Shown one piece after another: positions 14,101 through 26,700 of a stretch of 64,000 bases of DNA (its first letter is position 1; each line of letters begins with the position of its first letter). The position numbers and the translations under genes were made by a program. A model generated the notes under the pieces. The model worked only from the letters and a program-made list of their open reading frames with translations, did not search any database and was not told the DNA's origin. The stretch comes from the human T2T-CHM13v2.0 reference genome, Homo sapiens. Location of the stretch: assembly GCF_009914755.1 (NCBI RefSeq), contig NC_060932.1; one strand, given 5' to 3'.

Positions 14101-15809
14101 TTTCTTTTATCATGCTAGCTTTGGGTTAGTTTGTTCTTTCTCTGATTCCTCTAGAAGTGTTCCTAGATCATTCATTTGAGATCTCTCTAACTTTTAAAAA
14201 TAGACATTTAGTGCTGTCAACTTTCTTCCGAGCACTGCTTTTGCTGCATCCCAGAAATTTTGGTGTGTTGTGTCTCTGTTTTCATTTATTTCAACATTTT
14301 GATTTCTGCCTTAATTGTATTATTTACCCCAAAGTAATTCAGGAGCAAATTATTTGATTTCCATATAATTGTGCAGTTTTGAAAGATCTTGGTATTGCTT
14401 TCTATTTTTGTTCCACTGTGGCTCGAGAGTCTGGTTGGTAAGATTTTGATTTCTTTTGAATTTATTGAGATTACTTTATGACAATGCATGTGGTTGATCT
14501 TGGAATTTGTTTCATGTGCAGATGGGAAGAATGTATATTTTATGGTTGATGGGTAGAGTATTCTGTAGATGCCTATTAGGTCCAATTGGTCAAGCATTAA
14601 ATTCCAGTTAGAAAAATAATTTCTTTATTCGTTTTCTGCCTGGATGATGTGTCCAATTGAAGTTCCCCACTATTATTGTGTGGCTGTCCAAGTCTTTTCA
14701 TAGGTCTAGAAGTACTTGTATTATGAATCTCAGTGCTCTAACGTTGAGTGTGTATGTATTTAGGATACTTAAGTCTCCTGGTTAAACTGAATCACTTGTC
14801 ATTATGTAATGCCCTTCTTCGTCCTTCTTTATTGTTCTTGATTTAAAGTCTGTTTTATCTGATATAAGAACAGAGACTCCTGCTCTTTTCTGTTTTCTAT
14901 TTGCATGATAGATCTTTCTCCAACCCTTTACTTTTAGCCCGTGGGTGTTGCTACATTTGAAATGGGTCTCTTGAAGACAACAGATGGATAGGCTAGTATT
15001 CAAGACAGTGGATTAAAGGTTAGTATTGATATGTGAGGTTTGGATCCTATCATGAAGTTGCTAGCTGGTTGCTTTATAGTTTCTATTGTGTGGTTGCTTT
15101 ATAGGGGCTATGTACTTAAGTGTGTTTTTGTGGTAGCAGGTATTATTCTTTTGTTTCTATTTCCAGAACTCCCTTAAGGAGCTTTTGTAAGGTTGGTCTA
15201 GTGGTAATAAATTCCCTTAGTGCTTGCTTGTCTGGAAAATATTTTTTTTCTCCTTTGCTTATGAAGCATAGTTTGGCAGGATATGAAATTTGTGGTTGGA
15301 ATTTATTTTCTTTTAAAATGCTGAAAATAGGCTCCCAATCTTTCCTGGCTTGTGAGGTTTCTGCTGAGAAGACTGCTGTTAGCCTGTTGGGGTTCCATTG
15401 GTACATAATAGGACCTTTTTTTCTAGCTGTCTTTGATTTTTTTCTTGGACAAGCTGATTACTGTATGATTTTGTAATTTTCATTTTGTATGGTATCTACC
15501 AGGTGTCTTCTGGATTTCTTATACCTGTATATCTACTTCTCTAGCAAGATTAGGAAAATTTTCTTGTATTATTCCCTCAAATGTATTTTCCAGGTTGTTT
15601 ACTTTTTGTCTGTCTCTCTCAGGAATGCCAATAATTCATAGGTTTCATCACTTTACATAATTCCATATATCTTGAAGACTTTGTTCATTTTTAAAAATTC
15701 TTTTTTCTTTATTTTTGTCTGACTGGGTTAGTTTGAAAGACTGGTCTTTGGGCCCTGAAATTTTTCTTCTGCTTGGTCCAGTCTGTTAATAAAGTTTTCA
15801 ATTGCATTT
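11160..15809 (-). mobile_element. Old primate L1 (L1PA15-17/L1PB-type), copy A: 3' end through ORF2 into ORF1, 5' part missing
   Basis: 3' UTR at ~11170; disrupted ORF2 remnants (RT 13403-13726, EN 14286-15003 with ICCLQETH) and ORF1 C-terminus (15143-15406 RLTAVFSAET..FQPQISYPAKL). Confidence 0.93.
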
Positions 15810-18542
15810 TCATAATGATCAGTGATAGTGAGCTTTTTTTTTTTCCATATGTTTGTTGAGGGCATGTATGTTTTCTTTTTGAAATGTCTGTTCGTGTCCT
15901 TTGCCCACTTTTTAATAGCGTTTTTTTTTTTCCTTGTAAATTTGTTTAAGTTCCTTTTAGATGCTGGATCTTAACCTTTGTCATTCTGTTTGTCTTTCTC
16001 CCATTCTGCAGATTGTCTGTTTCCTCTTTTGATAGTTTCTTTTGCTGTGTATAAGCTCTTAAGTTTAATCACATCCCATTTGTCAATTTTTGCTATTGTT
16101 GCAATTGCTTTTGGTGTCTTTATCATGAAATATTTGCCAGTTCCTATGTCCACAAAGGGATGGCCAAGGTTATTTTAAGGGTTTTTATAGTACTGGGTTT
16201 TACATTTAAGTCTTTAATCTGTTTTGAGTTGATTTTTATATGTGGTGTAAGGAAGGGGTCCAGTTTTAATTTTCTGCATATGGCTAGCCAGTTATCCCAG
16301 CATCATTTATTGAATAGGGACTCCTTTCCCCTTTGTTTGGTTTGTCAGCTGTGTCAAAGATCAGATGATTGCAGATGTGCAGACTTTTTTTTCCTGGGTG
16401 TTCTTTTCTGTCCCATTGGTCTATTTTTCTGTTTTTGTACCAGTACCATACTATGTGGTTATTTTAGCCGTGTAGTAAGTTTGAAGTCAGGTAATGTGAT
16501 GTCTCCAGGTTTGTTCTTTGTTAGGATTGCCTTGGCTTTTGGGCCTTTTTTTTTTGGTTCTATGTGAGTTTTAAAAGTTTTTTTTTTCTAGTTCTGTGAA
16601 GGATTTCATGGGTAGTTTGATAGGAATAGCTTGAATTTATAAGCTGCTTTGGTCAGTAATGCCATTTTAATGATATTGATTCTTCCTATCCATGGGTATG
16701 GAATGTTTTTTCATTTGTTTGTGTCATCTCTGATTTCTTTGAGAGTATGTTGTAATTCCTATTGTAGAGATATTTTACCTCCCTGCTTTGCTGTATTCCT
16801 AGGTATTGTATTCTTTTTGTGGCAATTGTAAATGGGATTGTGTTTCTGATTTTGCTCTCAGCTTGGCTGTTGTTGGTGTATAGGAATGCTAGCAATATTT
16901 GTACATTGACTTTTTATCCTGAAACTTTGCTGAAGTTGTTTCTAAGCTGAAGGAGCTTCTGGGCTGAGACTATCAGGTTTTCTATATATAGAATTATGTC
17001 ATCTTCAAATGGATGGTTTGACTTTCTCTCCTATTTAAATGCACTTTATTTCTTTTTCTTCCCTGATTGCTCTGGCCAGGACTTCCAATAGTATGTTGAA
17101 TAGGAGTGGTGAGAGAGGGCATCCTTGTCTTGTGTTAGTTTTCAAGGGGAATGCTTCCAGCTTTTGCCAGTTCAGTATGATGTTGTCTGTGGGTTTGTCA
17201 TATATGGCTCTTATTATTTTGAGGTATGTTCCTTCAATATCTAGTTTATTGAGAGTTTTTAACTCTTTGTCTTTTTTGATCTTTGTTGGTTTAAAATCTG
17301 TTTTGTCTGAAATTAGGATTGCAACATGTGCATTTTTTCTGATTTCCATTTGCTTGGTAGGTTTTTCTCCATCCCTTTATTTTAAGTCTATGGGTGTCAT
17401 TGCATGTTAGATGGATTTCTTGAATGCAGCATACCATTGGGTCTTGCTTTTTTATCCAGGTTGCTACTCTGTGCCTTTTAATTGGGGCATTTAGCCTATT
17501 TACATTCAAGGTTAGTAGTGATACATGTGGATTTGATCCTGTTATTGTGTTGTTAGCTGGTTGTTATGTCACCTTTTTTGTGTAGTTCCTTTATAGTATT
17601 ACAGATCTGTGTACTTAAATGTGTTTTTGTATTGGTTGGTAATGGTCTTTCCTTTCCACATATAGTGCTTTTTTCAAGATCTCTTGTAAGGTGGGTTTGG
17701 TGGTAAGAAACTCCCTCAGCATTTGCTTAGCTGAAAAGCATCATATTTCTCCTTTGCTAAGGAGGCTTAGTTTGGCTGGATATGAAATTCTTGCTTGAAT
17801 TTTTTTTTAAGAATGTTGAATATAGGCCCTCAATCTCTTTTGACATGTAGGGTTTCTGCAGAGAGGTATGCTGTTAGCCTGATGGTGTTCCCTTTGTAGG
17901 TAACCCTTCTTTTATCTCTAGCCACCTTTAACATTATTTCTTTTATTTTGACTTTGGAAAAATCTAATGATTATATGTCTTAGGGAGGATATTCTTGTGT
18001 AAAATCTTGCAGGGGTTCTATTCCTGAATTTGACTGTTGGCCTCTCTAGCGAGGTTGGGGAAGGTTTCATGGACAATATCCTGAAATGTGTTTTCCAAGC
18101 TGTTTACTTTCTCCCCTTTTTTTCAGGGGTGCCGGTGATTCCTCAGTTTGGTCTCTTTATATGATCCCATATTTCTCAGAGGTTTTGTTTGTTCCTTTTC
18201 TTTTCACTCTTTTTCCTTTATTTTTTGTCTGACTGTCTTCAAGTTCCAACATTCTTTCCTCAGTTTTGTCTGTTTTACTGTTAATGCTGGTGATTGCATT
18301 GTGAAATTCTTGTAGTGTGTTTTTCAGCTCTGTCAGATCTGTTAGATTCTTTTTTATCATGACTGTTTTTTCTGTCAGCTTCTGTATTGTGTTTATTGTG
18401 ATTCTTAGTTTCCTTGGATTGGGTTTTGCTGTTCTCCTGTATCTCAATCATCTTCATTTCTATCCCTATTCTGAATTCTATCTCTGTCATTTCAGCCAAC
18501 TCATCCTGGTTAAGAAACCTTGTTAGAAAACTAGTGCAATCA

Positions 18543-18857
<315 letters not shown>

Positions 18858-19045
18858 AAAACTAGTGCAATCATTTAGATGTCATAAGACACTCTGGCCA
18901 TTTCAGTTGCTGGAGTTATTGAGTTGGTTCTTTCTCATCTTTGTGTGTGTGTGTGTGTTCCTTTAACTGCTGGGCTGCCTCTGATTGAAATGCTCAGGTG
19001 GGGGCAGGGTGATTATGCTGGAGTGCCAGGTCAGGCAGCCCTTCC

Positions 19046-20010
19046 CAGTGAGGAGAAGTGAGGATCAGGACCTGCATGAAGAACAGTCTGGTCAGTTTTT
19101 CATGAAGTGGGTGCACTGTGCTACAGGTCTCAACCAGCCCTTGGTTTCTCTGGACTCTCCAGGACCTGGAGATAGCAAAGGTAAGGGCTACAAGACAGCA
19201 AAGTTGGCAACCCGCTCCTCCCAATGGGAGCTCTGTCCCAGGGAGTTGCAGAGCTGCTACTGTCTTGATAGCCCTGGTGTGGGGGCTGGCTGGAGACCCA
19301 GGCCAGGAGGACCCACCCTGTGAGGAGATACGGGATCAGGGACCCACATAGAAGTCTGTCCACTTTTCCACTGGGCTGCTGCAGTATGCTGGGGGTCCAT
19401 TCCAATCTCTAGTCACCTCAGATTATCCAGCACCTGAAGGTATCAACAGTGAAGGCTGCTAAACAGTCAAGATGGTTGCCTGCCCCTCCCTCTGAGAGCT
19501 CAGTCCCAGGGAGGTAGGGACCTGTTGCTGGCCAGAACACACTGGTGGGGGTGGCTCTAGACCCTGATTGGGAGATCCTGCTTAGTGAAGAGAAACAGGA
19601 CCTGGGACCCACATGAAAAAGCACCCTGAATACTTCTCTGTAGAGTTGCTGTGCTGTGCTGGGGGACTGCTTTAGTCTCTAGTCACCTCAGACTCCCTAG
19701 AGCCTAAAGGCAACAACAGCCAAGGCTGTGAAACAGCAAATATGGCAGCCCATCCCTACCCCTGGGAGTTGTATCTCAGGGAAGCTCAGAACCACTGACA
19801 GTGGGAAAACACTAGTGAGGGTGGCTGGTGACCCTCGTCAGAAGGTCTTGCCCAGTGAGGAGAAATGGGACCAGGGACCTGCACTAAAAAAGCAGTCTTG
19901 CTGCTTTTTCATAGGATGACTGTACTGAAGGCAACAATGGCTAAGGTTGAGAAACAGCAAAGACGGCGGCCTGTCCCTGTCTCTGCGAGTTTCGTCTCAG
20001 TGAAGTGTAA
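19046..20010 (-). repeat. Diverged ~270-bp tandem repeat in the L1 5' UTR (3 full units + 1 partial)
   Basis: Units begin (c/t)(a/t)gtga(g/a)gaga at 19046, 19318, 19583 and 19853; periods 272, 265, 270. Confidence 0.85.
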
Positions 20011-20585
20011 TGCTGCTACTCTTGGCTGGCTGGAGTTCCAAGCCAGTGGGTCTTATCCTGCAATGAGTCGTGGAAGTGGGACCTGCAAACCACCACTGTT
20101 CAGCCCCCTGGATTCAGCCCCTTTCCTAGGGATATGCATGGGGGTCTAACATCCCACTTTACTGGAATTGCAGCCACTTCTGCCTGGAAGCCTGGATATC
20201 TAAAGCTCCTGGACCTCTGTGTGTGTCTGAGCAGCTGTTGTACTGAGACTCCACGTAGCTCTGCATGTCAGACTGCAGGCTCTGGTGGAGTGGGTTCATG
20301 AGGGGATCTCCTGACCTGAGGGTTGCAAAGAGCTGTGGGAGAAGTGTGGGTCCCTGGGGTCACTCATGTACTCACTGCTTCCCTGGGCTACGGAGGTTCC
20401 CCTGACTCCGTGTTGCTCCTGGATGGGTGGTCACATTGCCTTGCTTTTCTCCACTCTCTGTGGGTTGAGTTGTTTTCTTGATGAATCTCAATGCATGTAC
20501 CTGGACGTTTCTGTTGAAGGTGCTGTATTTACTTGCCCCTTCTATTTTTCTCTGTGAGAGTGGTGCATGCTAGCTGCTTCTAGTT

Positions 20586-20595
20586 GGCCATCTTG
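20586..20595 (-). promoter_or_regulatory. YY1 motif at the L1 5' end
   Basis: ggccatcttg on + equals CAAGATGGCC on -, at the usual L1 promoter position; activity unknown. Confidence 0.6.
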
Positions 20596-21239
20596 GCCAG
20601 CCTCTGACTCTTTTCTTTCTTACCCACTCCCATAGCCAATCTGTCAGCTTGAAAACTTATTTTAAAAAAGCAAACGAATAAATGATTAAATATATATTTC
20701 ATAAAATAAGACAATAATGATGGTATACTGCAGAGATGGAGTGAAATGCTAAATTGACTTTCAATCATGTTTTATATATTTTAACATTAGCAATAAGCTT
20801 CTCTGAAATTAATTTCCATATATCCACCTATCATCTTTTAACTAGAAATATTTCAGATTCTCCCTCGCTAATCCTTACAACAAAAACTTTGTAATTTTGG
20901 TGTTTTGCTTTGTTACTATAGGGGCTCTGTTTTCTCTGATGGCTAACCCTCCACTCATATGTTGACAATCTTGTTGAAATTTAGAATGTTGGATCTCTAG
21001 ATTTCTCTATACAATGCAGAGTTACTTGCAATTCAATGTCTGTATGTTTAAAGCAACTTTTATTTCTACTTCCATTACACAGGGTTAATTGTCTATGCTT
21101 CCCAAGGCCAGAAATCTTTCTCTACCTTCCAGGACAGCAGATTCCTTCTTGGGAAAATCATGAATGGGAGAGGAACTAGTATTTCTGGCCACTTGTGGGA
21201 AAGCACAAATACATTTGTTTAAGTGGGAATGGATGGAAT

Positions 21240-21350
21240 TGTTATCTCCCTTTTGCAGAGGAGCCAACTGAGTTTACTTACATAGCTTAAGATCATCAAA
21301 TTAGTAAGTGGTAGACCTATAATTAAAACCACTGTCGGATCCCACCAAAA
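21240..21350 (-). mobile_element. MIR fragment
   Basis: cttttgcagaggag..aactgag..aagatcat..tagtaagtggtaga. Confidence 0.55.
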
Positions 21351-21534
21351 CCCATGTCCTTTTCATGCAAGAAAGGGATTGGAAACTATCAGGACTTGTA
21401 TGATATTGTGCTTTGAGAACATGTACTTGGTACCTGTGAAGGGAAAGGGAGAGTTGTGAAGGGCCAAGTGGTTATTGTGTATACACTATGTGCTAGGCAT
21501 TGTTTATCAGTTTAAATAACTTATTTCTTTGATT

Positions 21535-21850
21535 TTAGAAATATTACATGATAGTCATAAAAAACCACGAGAAATACATAAAAACATAAAGAAGAAGACA
21601 ACACAGCAATTCACAGCTCAGAGATAACCACAGTTGACATTTTGGTGTATTTCTTCTCAGTCTTTTTACTATTAACAGATTGAGATCTGGAATGACACAA
21701 AAGGTTCAGACAGTAAAAACAGTTTTGAATACTGCCTTTTCCATTCAAAGTTATATCCTATGCATTGTTCTAACTAGAATTTGAATAATTACTTGACGTT
21801 TTTGGAAGCTATAATTTGATCTGTGCCATTCTTTTGCTGAGAAGAAAGGA
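21535..21850 (-). mobile_element. Ancient L1ME 3' fragment
   Basis: cagagataaccacagttgacattttggtgtatttc. Confidence 0.55.
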
Positions 21851-21888
21851 TTGGTTTAACTAAAGTAACATAAAAACTAAAGTCATAG

Positions 21889-22191
<303 letters not shown>

Positions 22192-22489
22192 AGGTTTTTG
22201 TAGAAAAAAAAATTATAGAAAGGAAGTAGGTACAAGACACATTGGAATTTTAAATAGAATATCATTCATATAAAACAGGCTCTTATATAGCACTTCTCTT
22301 GTAGGAAACTTCCTAAAGGCATAACAAGGTGCCTGATGTGGGGGAAACATTCAAACTGAGTAGACTTCTGACTTTTGACCTGTTTTCTGGAAGGGATCCT
22401 AAGCAGATCCTAGTAGACTTCAAAGCACACATGGATTTGTTCTGGAATGACCTGGTGCCTCCTCCCTATCCTCTAGTGTCACCTGTCAA

Positions 22490-22900
22490 CACAATGTTTG
22501 CTGAGCTTACACTCTGGGCCAGGCACTCTGTTAGGCACAGGTAATGAGACTCATGAGGCCTTCCTGTTCATAGAGTTTACAATCCAGTGGGGGAGAAAGG
22601 TAGGAATCCACTCTTTGCCTGCTCACCTGAGGACAATGGTGGAAAGTGCAGTGGAAGAAAAGCAGAAGGTTCTGGGAGTCTTGGGGCGGCAGCAGGTGGA
22701 AAGTGGGTGGTGGGGAAAAGCTTTGCTAAGGAAGAGAGATTTTATCTGTGGCTTGAATGATGAGTGAGCTCTGCCCACGAGAAGTGAATATAGGGAGATA
22801 ATTCAACTGGAGAGAGGACAACATACGAATTCCTGAAGGAAGAGAGTAGCTTGGGGTTTTCGAGAAGTGGAGAGAGACCAGAGTGGCTGGAGCATAATAA
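22490..22900 (-). mobile_element. L2 3' fragment
   Basis: tgtttgctgagc..gccaggcactctgttaggcac..catagagtttacaatccagtggggg..gaccagagtggctggagca. Confidence 0.8.
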
Positions 22901-24097
22901 GTGATTTGAAGTGAGTCTAGATAAGTACTATTGTCTATCTGATGCTGCATCCTTTGATTAGTAGGATCTAATAATAGAATAGAATCTAATAAATGCCCAC
23001 CAATGGTTGAAACACCCACGTCATACTGGTAATTAGGCCTAGGAAAGGAACAATTTTAATTCTTAGGGAAGGAAATACAAATAAGCGAAAATGTCTGAGA
23101 AGACAAATGCAAGAGAGAGACTGAAATAGGAAGGACTGTAAACTCAAGGCAAATTTAAAAGGCGGTTTTCCTTTGTTTTAATTCCCAGTGTTTGTTTAGA
23201 GGATAATATGAGCATACTCCTAAGTTAAATGCTCCCTCCTTGTAAAAAACATTTTTATACACATTTTAAAAATTCCAAGAACAGAAGAAGCTAATGCTCA
23301 CATTTTTATTCTCAATGAATTGCCAACATTTTATTCACTAGTTTCACAAAAGAGCTGAAATCTCACGGAGGTTTCTGAATTAAATTAGCTTTCAGAACCA
23401 TTTAAAGTTCTTCCATTCTATTAATTCAGCAGACAATCAAGTTGTTCACTTGTTGACTTTTATCCACATGCACTCAATCAAATCAACTATCAACGAAAGA
23501 TACCTATTAGTTGTTAATTTCATATGTTAGATAGGAATCCTAGAACTCCTGTTTATATCTGTTTGATAACCTTCTAATCTTTGCCACAGTCTTACTAACA
23601 GCAGCATTAACTAGTCTGCCGTCTATGTTGATTAACAACACTGGGACTCAGAAAGATGCACAGCACCTGATAAGCCAAACAGTCCAAACTTCTAACAATG
23701 CCTGTAGCCCTGTGGAAAATGGGCTTCTATCACCATTTTTACAAACCCTTAAAGTTGTCTTTAAATCACAGTTTTGTGAATTATTATTTTAAGCAAATGT
23801 GAAGAGCTTGTTTGAGTGTAGAAGCTTTTATTAATAATTGGTAAGACAATGTTTTACAACATTTTAACCCTTTATTTTGTGTCCTCTGTGTTCATAGGTT
23901 TAGAAATTGTTTTTGCCTTATGTTGAATTATAAGTATTCTTTGGATTAGATAAATTCAATAAATGTTTATTTCTAAATGTTTGACAAGCACTTACTAGGT
24001 ACATAAAAGATGTGGAAAATACACATCCACATACCATAAAGTTCCATATATTTGAAATTACAGAAGATTTATCTTATAAGTGGAATTATATTGGATT

Positions 24098-24101
<4 letters not shown>

Positions 24102-24135
<34 letters not shown>
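24102..24135. repeat. (GA)17 microsatellite
   Basis: Read directly from sequence. Confidence 0.97.
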
Positions 24136-24137
<2 letters not shown>

Positions 24138-24209
24138 AAATAATTATAATATTTGCTCCACATAGTAACTTCCAGGTCATTTTTCAAGCATTTCTTTCAA
24201 AGTCTATTT

Positions 24210-25545
24210 ACATTACTTATCCAATGTCTTTGCTGAAATCTTAGAAACTGGCCCGCAGCCTTTGCCTCCATACTATTTCTGGGAAGTCCTTGGTGACTTC
24301 CATATCCGCTTTGTCAATGCTTTCACCACTACGACCTCATGGTTTCACATTTTTAAAACTTCCACTGGCCCCATTCTTTATTTCATTTCATACATTCTTA
24401 GTCATGGCTACACCATGGAGCTTGGTTAAGACCATGCTGTATCCAAGACTGAAATCTGAAAAGTTCTTTAAGACCTTTTCTTCTTTGAATTTTTATTCGT
24501 CCATCTGCTCCTTCAGGTGGCTTGTGGGAAGAAAGTATCAACAAGAAGTTGGAGCAGAAGAATATGGGATGAATGATCTCTGATGTGAGACATCCCTAAA
24601 TACATCTTGAATAAATTACATAAAGTTGAGATAGAAGGGTTGAATTCTTATCTTACAGGGCTTTGCATAGCACATTTTAGATATTAATGTGATAAAATAT
24701 GATTTGGATTAAATATGAACTTATCTATATCCTTAGGTTGGTGGACCACAAAGACATCCAAATTTCTTGTTCAATTCCCATAACTATGCAAATGACTCCT
24801 TAATCTATTTCTGAAGCCAATGTCACTCTCCTGAGCTCCAAACTTGGGTATCTTCAAATGCCTCTTCTAGAAAATCTTCAAACTCAACATGTCCCAGTTT
24901 GTATTCATCATCAGTCCTCTTACACTAGCATCGTCTGTGAATTTTGTTGTTCATTAATGATAACACCATTCTTTAAGCCATCCACATTCTCTTGTTTTGC
25001 TCCCCCACTTCCAATCCATTACCAATTCCTGACAATTCTTTTCCCCACAACTTCTGTTAAGTCTATGTCTTTTTTTTCCTGTTCCCAAATTCACTTCTGC
25101 AATTCAATTCTGCATTAGATCTCATTCTGAGTACTGCAATCCATGTACCTCTATCTGGTTTCCCCAGACTCTCATTTCTTTAATATATCTCACCCAGAAA
25201 TGAAGATTTCTTTCATTAACCTACTTTGTTACAGTCATTCCTGCTCAAAATTATTCAGTAGTTCATCTTCTTAATGAAGTTCAGACCCTTTAATCTTGCA
25301 TTCTGGTCCTTTACAACCTGACCAAACTTTCAAGGTTATTTCCTTCTCACATATCTTTTTAATATTGACATTTTTACATATTTTGGGGGATGAATGTGAT
25401 ATTTTGATGCATTTATATAATGTGTAAAGATCAAATCAGGGTAACCTATCATATATCTTTATCCATATATCTCTCCACCCATTGTCTTGAGTTTTACATT
25501 TTATACCTTAGCTCATGAGGTTCCTTCTGCCTGTAATTCCCTTCT
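24210..25545 (+). mobile_element. L2 LINE fragments including endonuclease and RT remnants
   Basis: cttggtgacttccatatc (LGDFHI), catggctacaccatggagctt (HGYTMEL), tatgcaaatgactccttaatctat (YANDSLIY, like YADDSQIY), caaactcaacatgtcc. Confidence 0.75.
25356..25445 (-). mobile_element. Very short L1MA 3' end inserted in L2
   Basis: gtgatattttgatgcatttatataatgtgtaaagatcaaatcagggtaa; flanking ATATCTTT repeats at 25351 and 25453. Confidence 0.7.
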
Positions 25546-25634
25546 ACATAACTGTTGGTTACCAAAATGATTTTCCAAACTATTCAAATCATTGTTTCCT
25601 ACCTTTATTCCTTCCTTCCAGCCTTCTTTCCTAT

Positions 25635-26700
25635 AAATAGATGCATTCATAGGCACCTGTTATGTGCCGAAAGTGTACACAAAGCCACCAAGGACCTCAC
25701 AGTCTAGGGTAGATGACCAATACATTAACAGGTATAATCAAATATGCAAGCAAAGAGGAGGAGACTGTAATCTATCTTTGTTTGAGAAGTGAGAAGTGAA
25801 TCACAGAATTTTTGGAGAAAGTTGCAGCTCTGCTGAATCTTAACGTATAATGAAGAATTATCTAGGTGAAAAAGGTAGCAGGGAAGGAAGGCTTTTCCAA
25901 ATATCAGAGCTAGCGTGAGCATAGGCTAGCTGAAAAAAGGAGGTGTTTGGTGAAACCACCAGGAGGCAGGTGCTGTTTCAGCTTAAGGGATGGAGGAAGG
26001 GGGAAGCAGCAGATGAAGTCAGAAAGGTGGGCAGGGTTTGGGGAGGAACTGCTGAACTACGTTAAAAACTTTGGAATTTGTCTTGTAGGTGAGGAGAACC
26101 ATGAATGGATTTCAGTACTGACATGGCTAGATTTGCATTTTAGATGCACCAAGCAGGAAGTTATGTTGAGAATGAATTTGAGGAAGAAAAACCCACAGCC
26201 AATAGCAGTAGATGGAAAATGTTAACATAATCTAGGAGTGAGAGAGAATCAAAAGGAGGAAAACAAAAAATATTCAGTAGCTAATATTGATAGCATTCTC
26301 TTAACTGATATTGGAGATTGGGAAGAGAGGGAGAGAGAATCAGTGATCACTCACTGATTTCTAGTTTCTTAATTGGCTCGATAGTGGTGCTACAAATTGA
26401 AGATTAAAAAATAACACATGAGGAACAAGCTTAGTGGGGGAAATGAGAAGGAAAGATTAGAGATAAATGTGAAAGGCCTCATTATCTTATCAGGTAAAGA
26501 TGAATGAAGTTAGATAATGTACAAGAGGCATGGCATGCTACCTGAAGCTTAGAAGGCAGGTCTCTACTGAGTTTTAGAGTTGGAATTAATCAGCACCCAG
26601 GTGGTATTTTATACCTGAATTGAGTCTGTAGCAATACCATGTAACATGAAAGGAAAACTTAAGAGATAGCTAGAGGAAGAAGAGCTGAGGAAGTATATGG
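25635..26700 (-). mobile_element. L2 LINE fragment
   Basis: gcacctgttatgtgcc..caaggacctcacagtctag..gatttgcattttagat..gatttctagttt..gatagtggtgc. Confidence 0.7.

Noticed and set aside
19046-20010. CRISPR-like or satellite array
   Set aside because: Units are diverged ~270-bp L1 5' UTR repeats with no constant repeat/unique spacer structure
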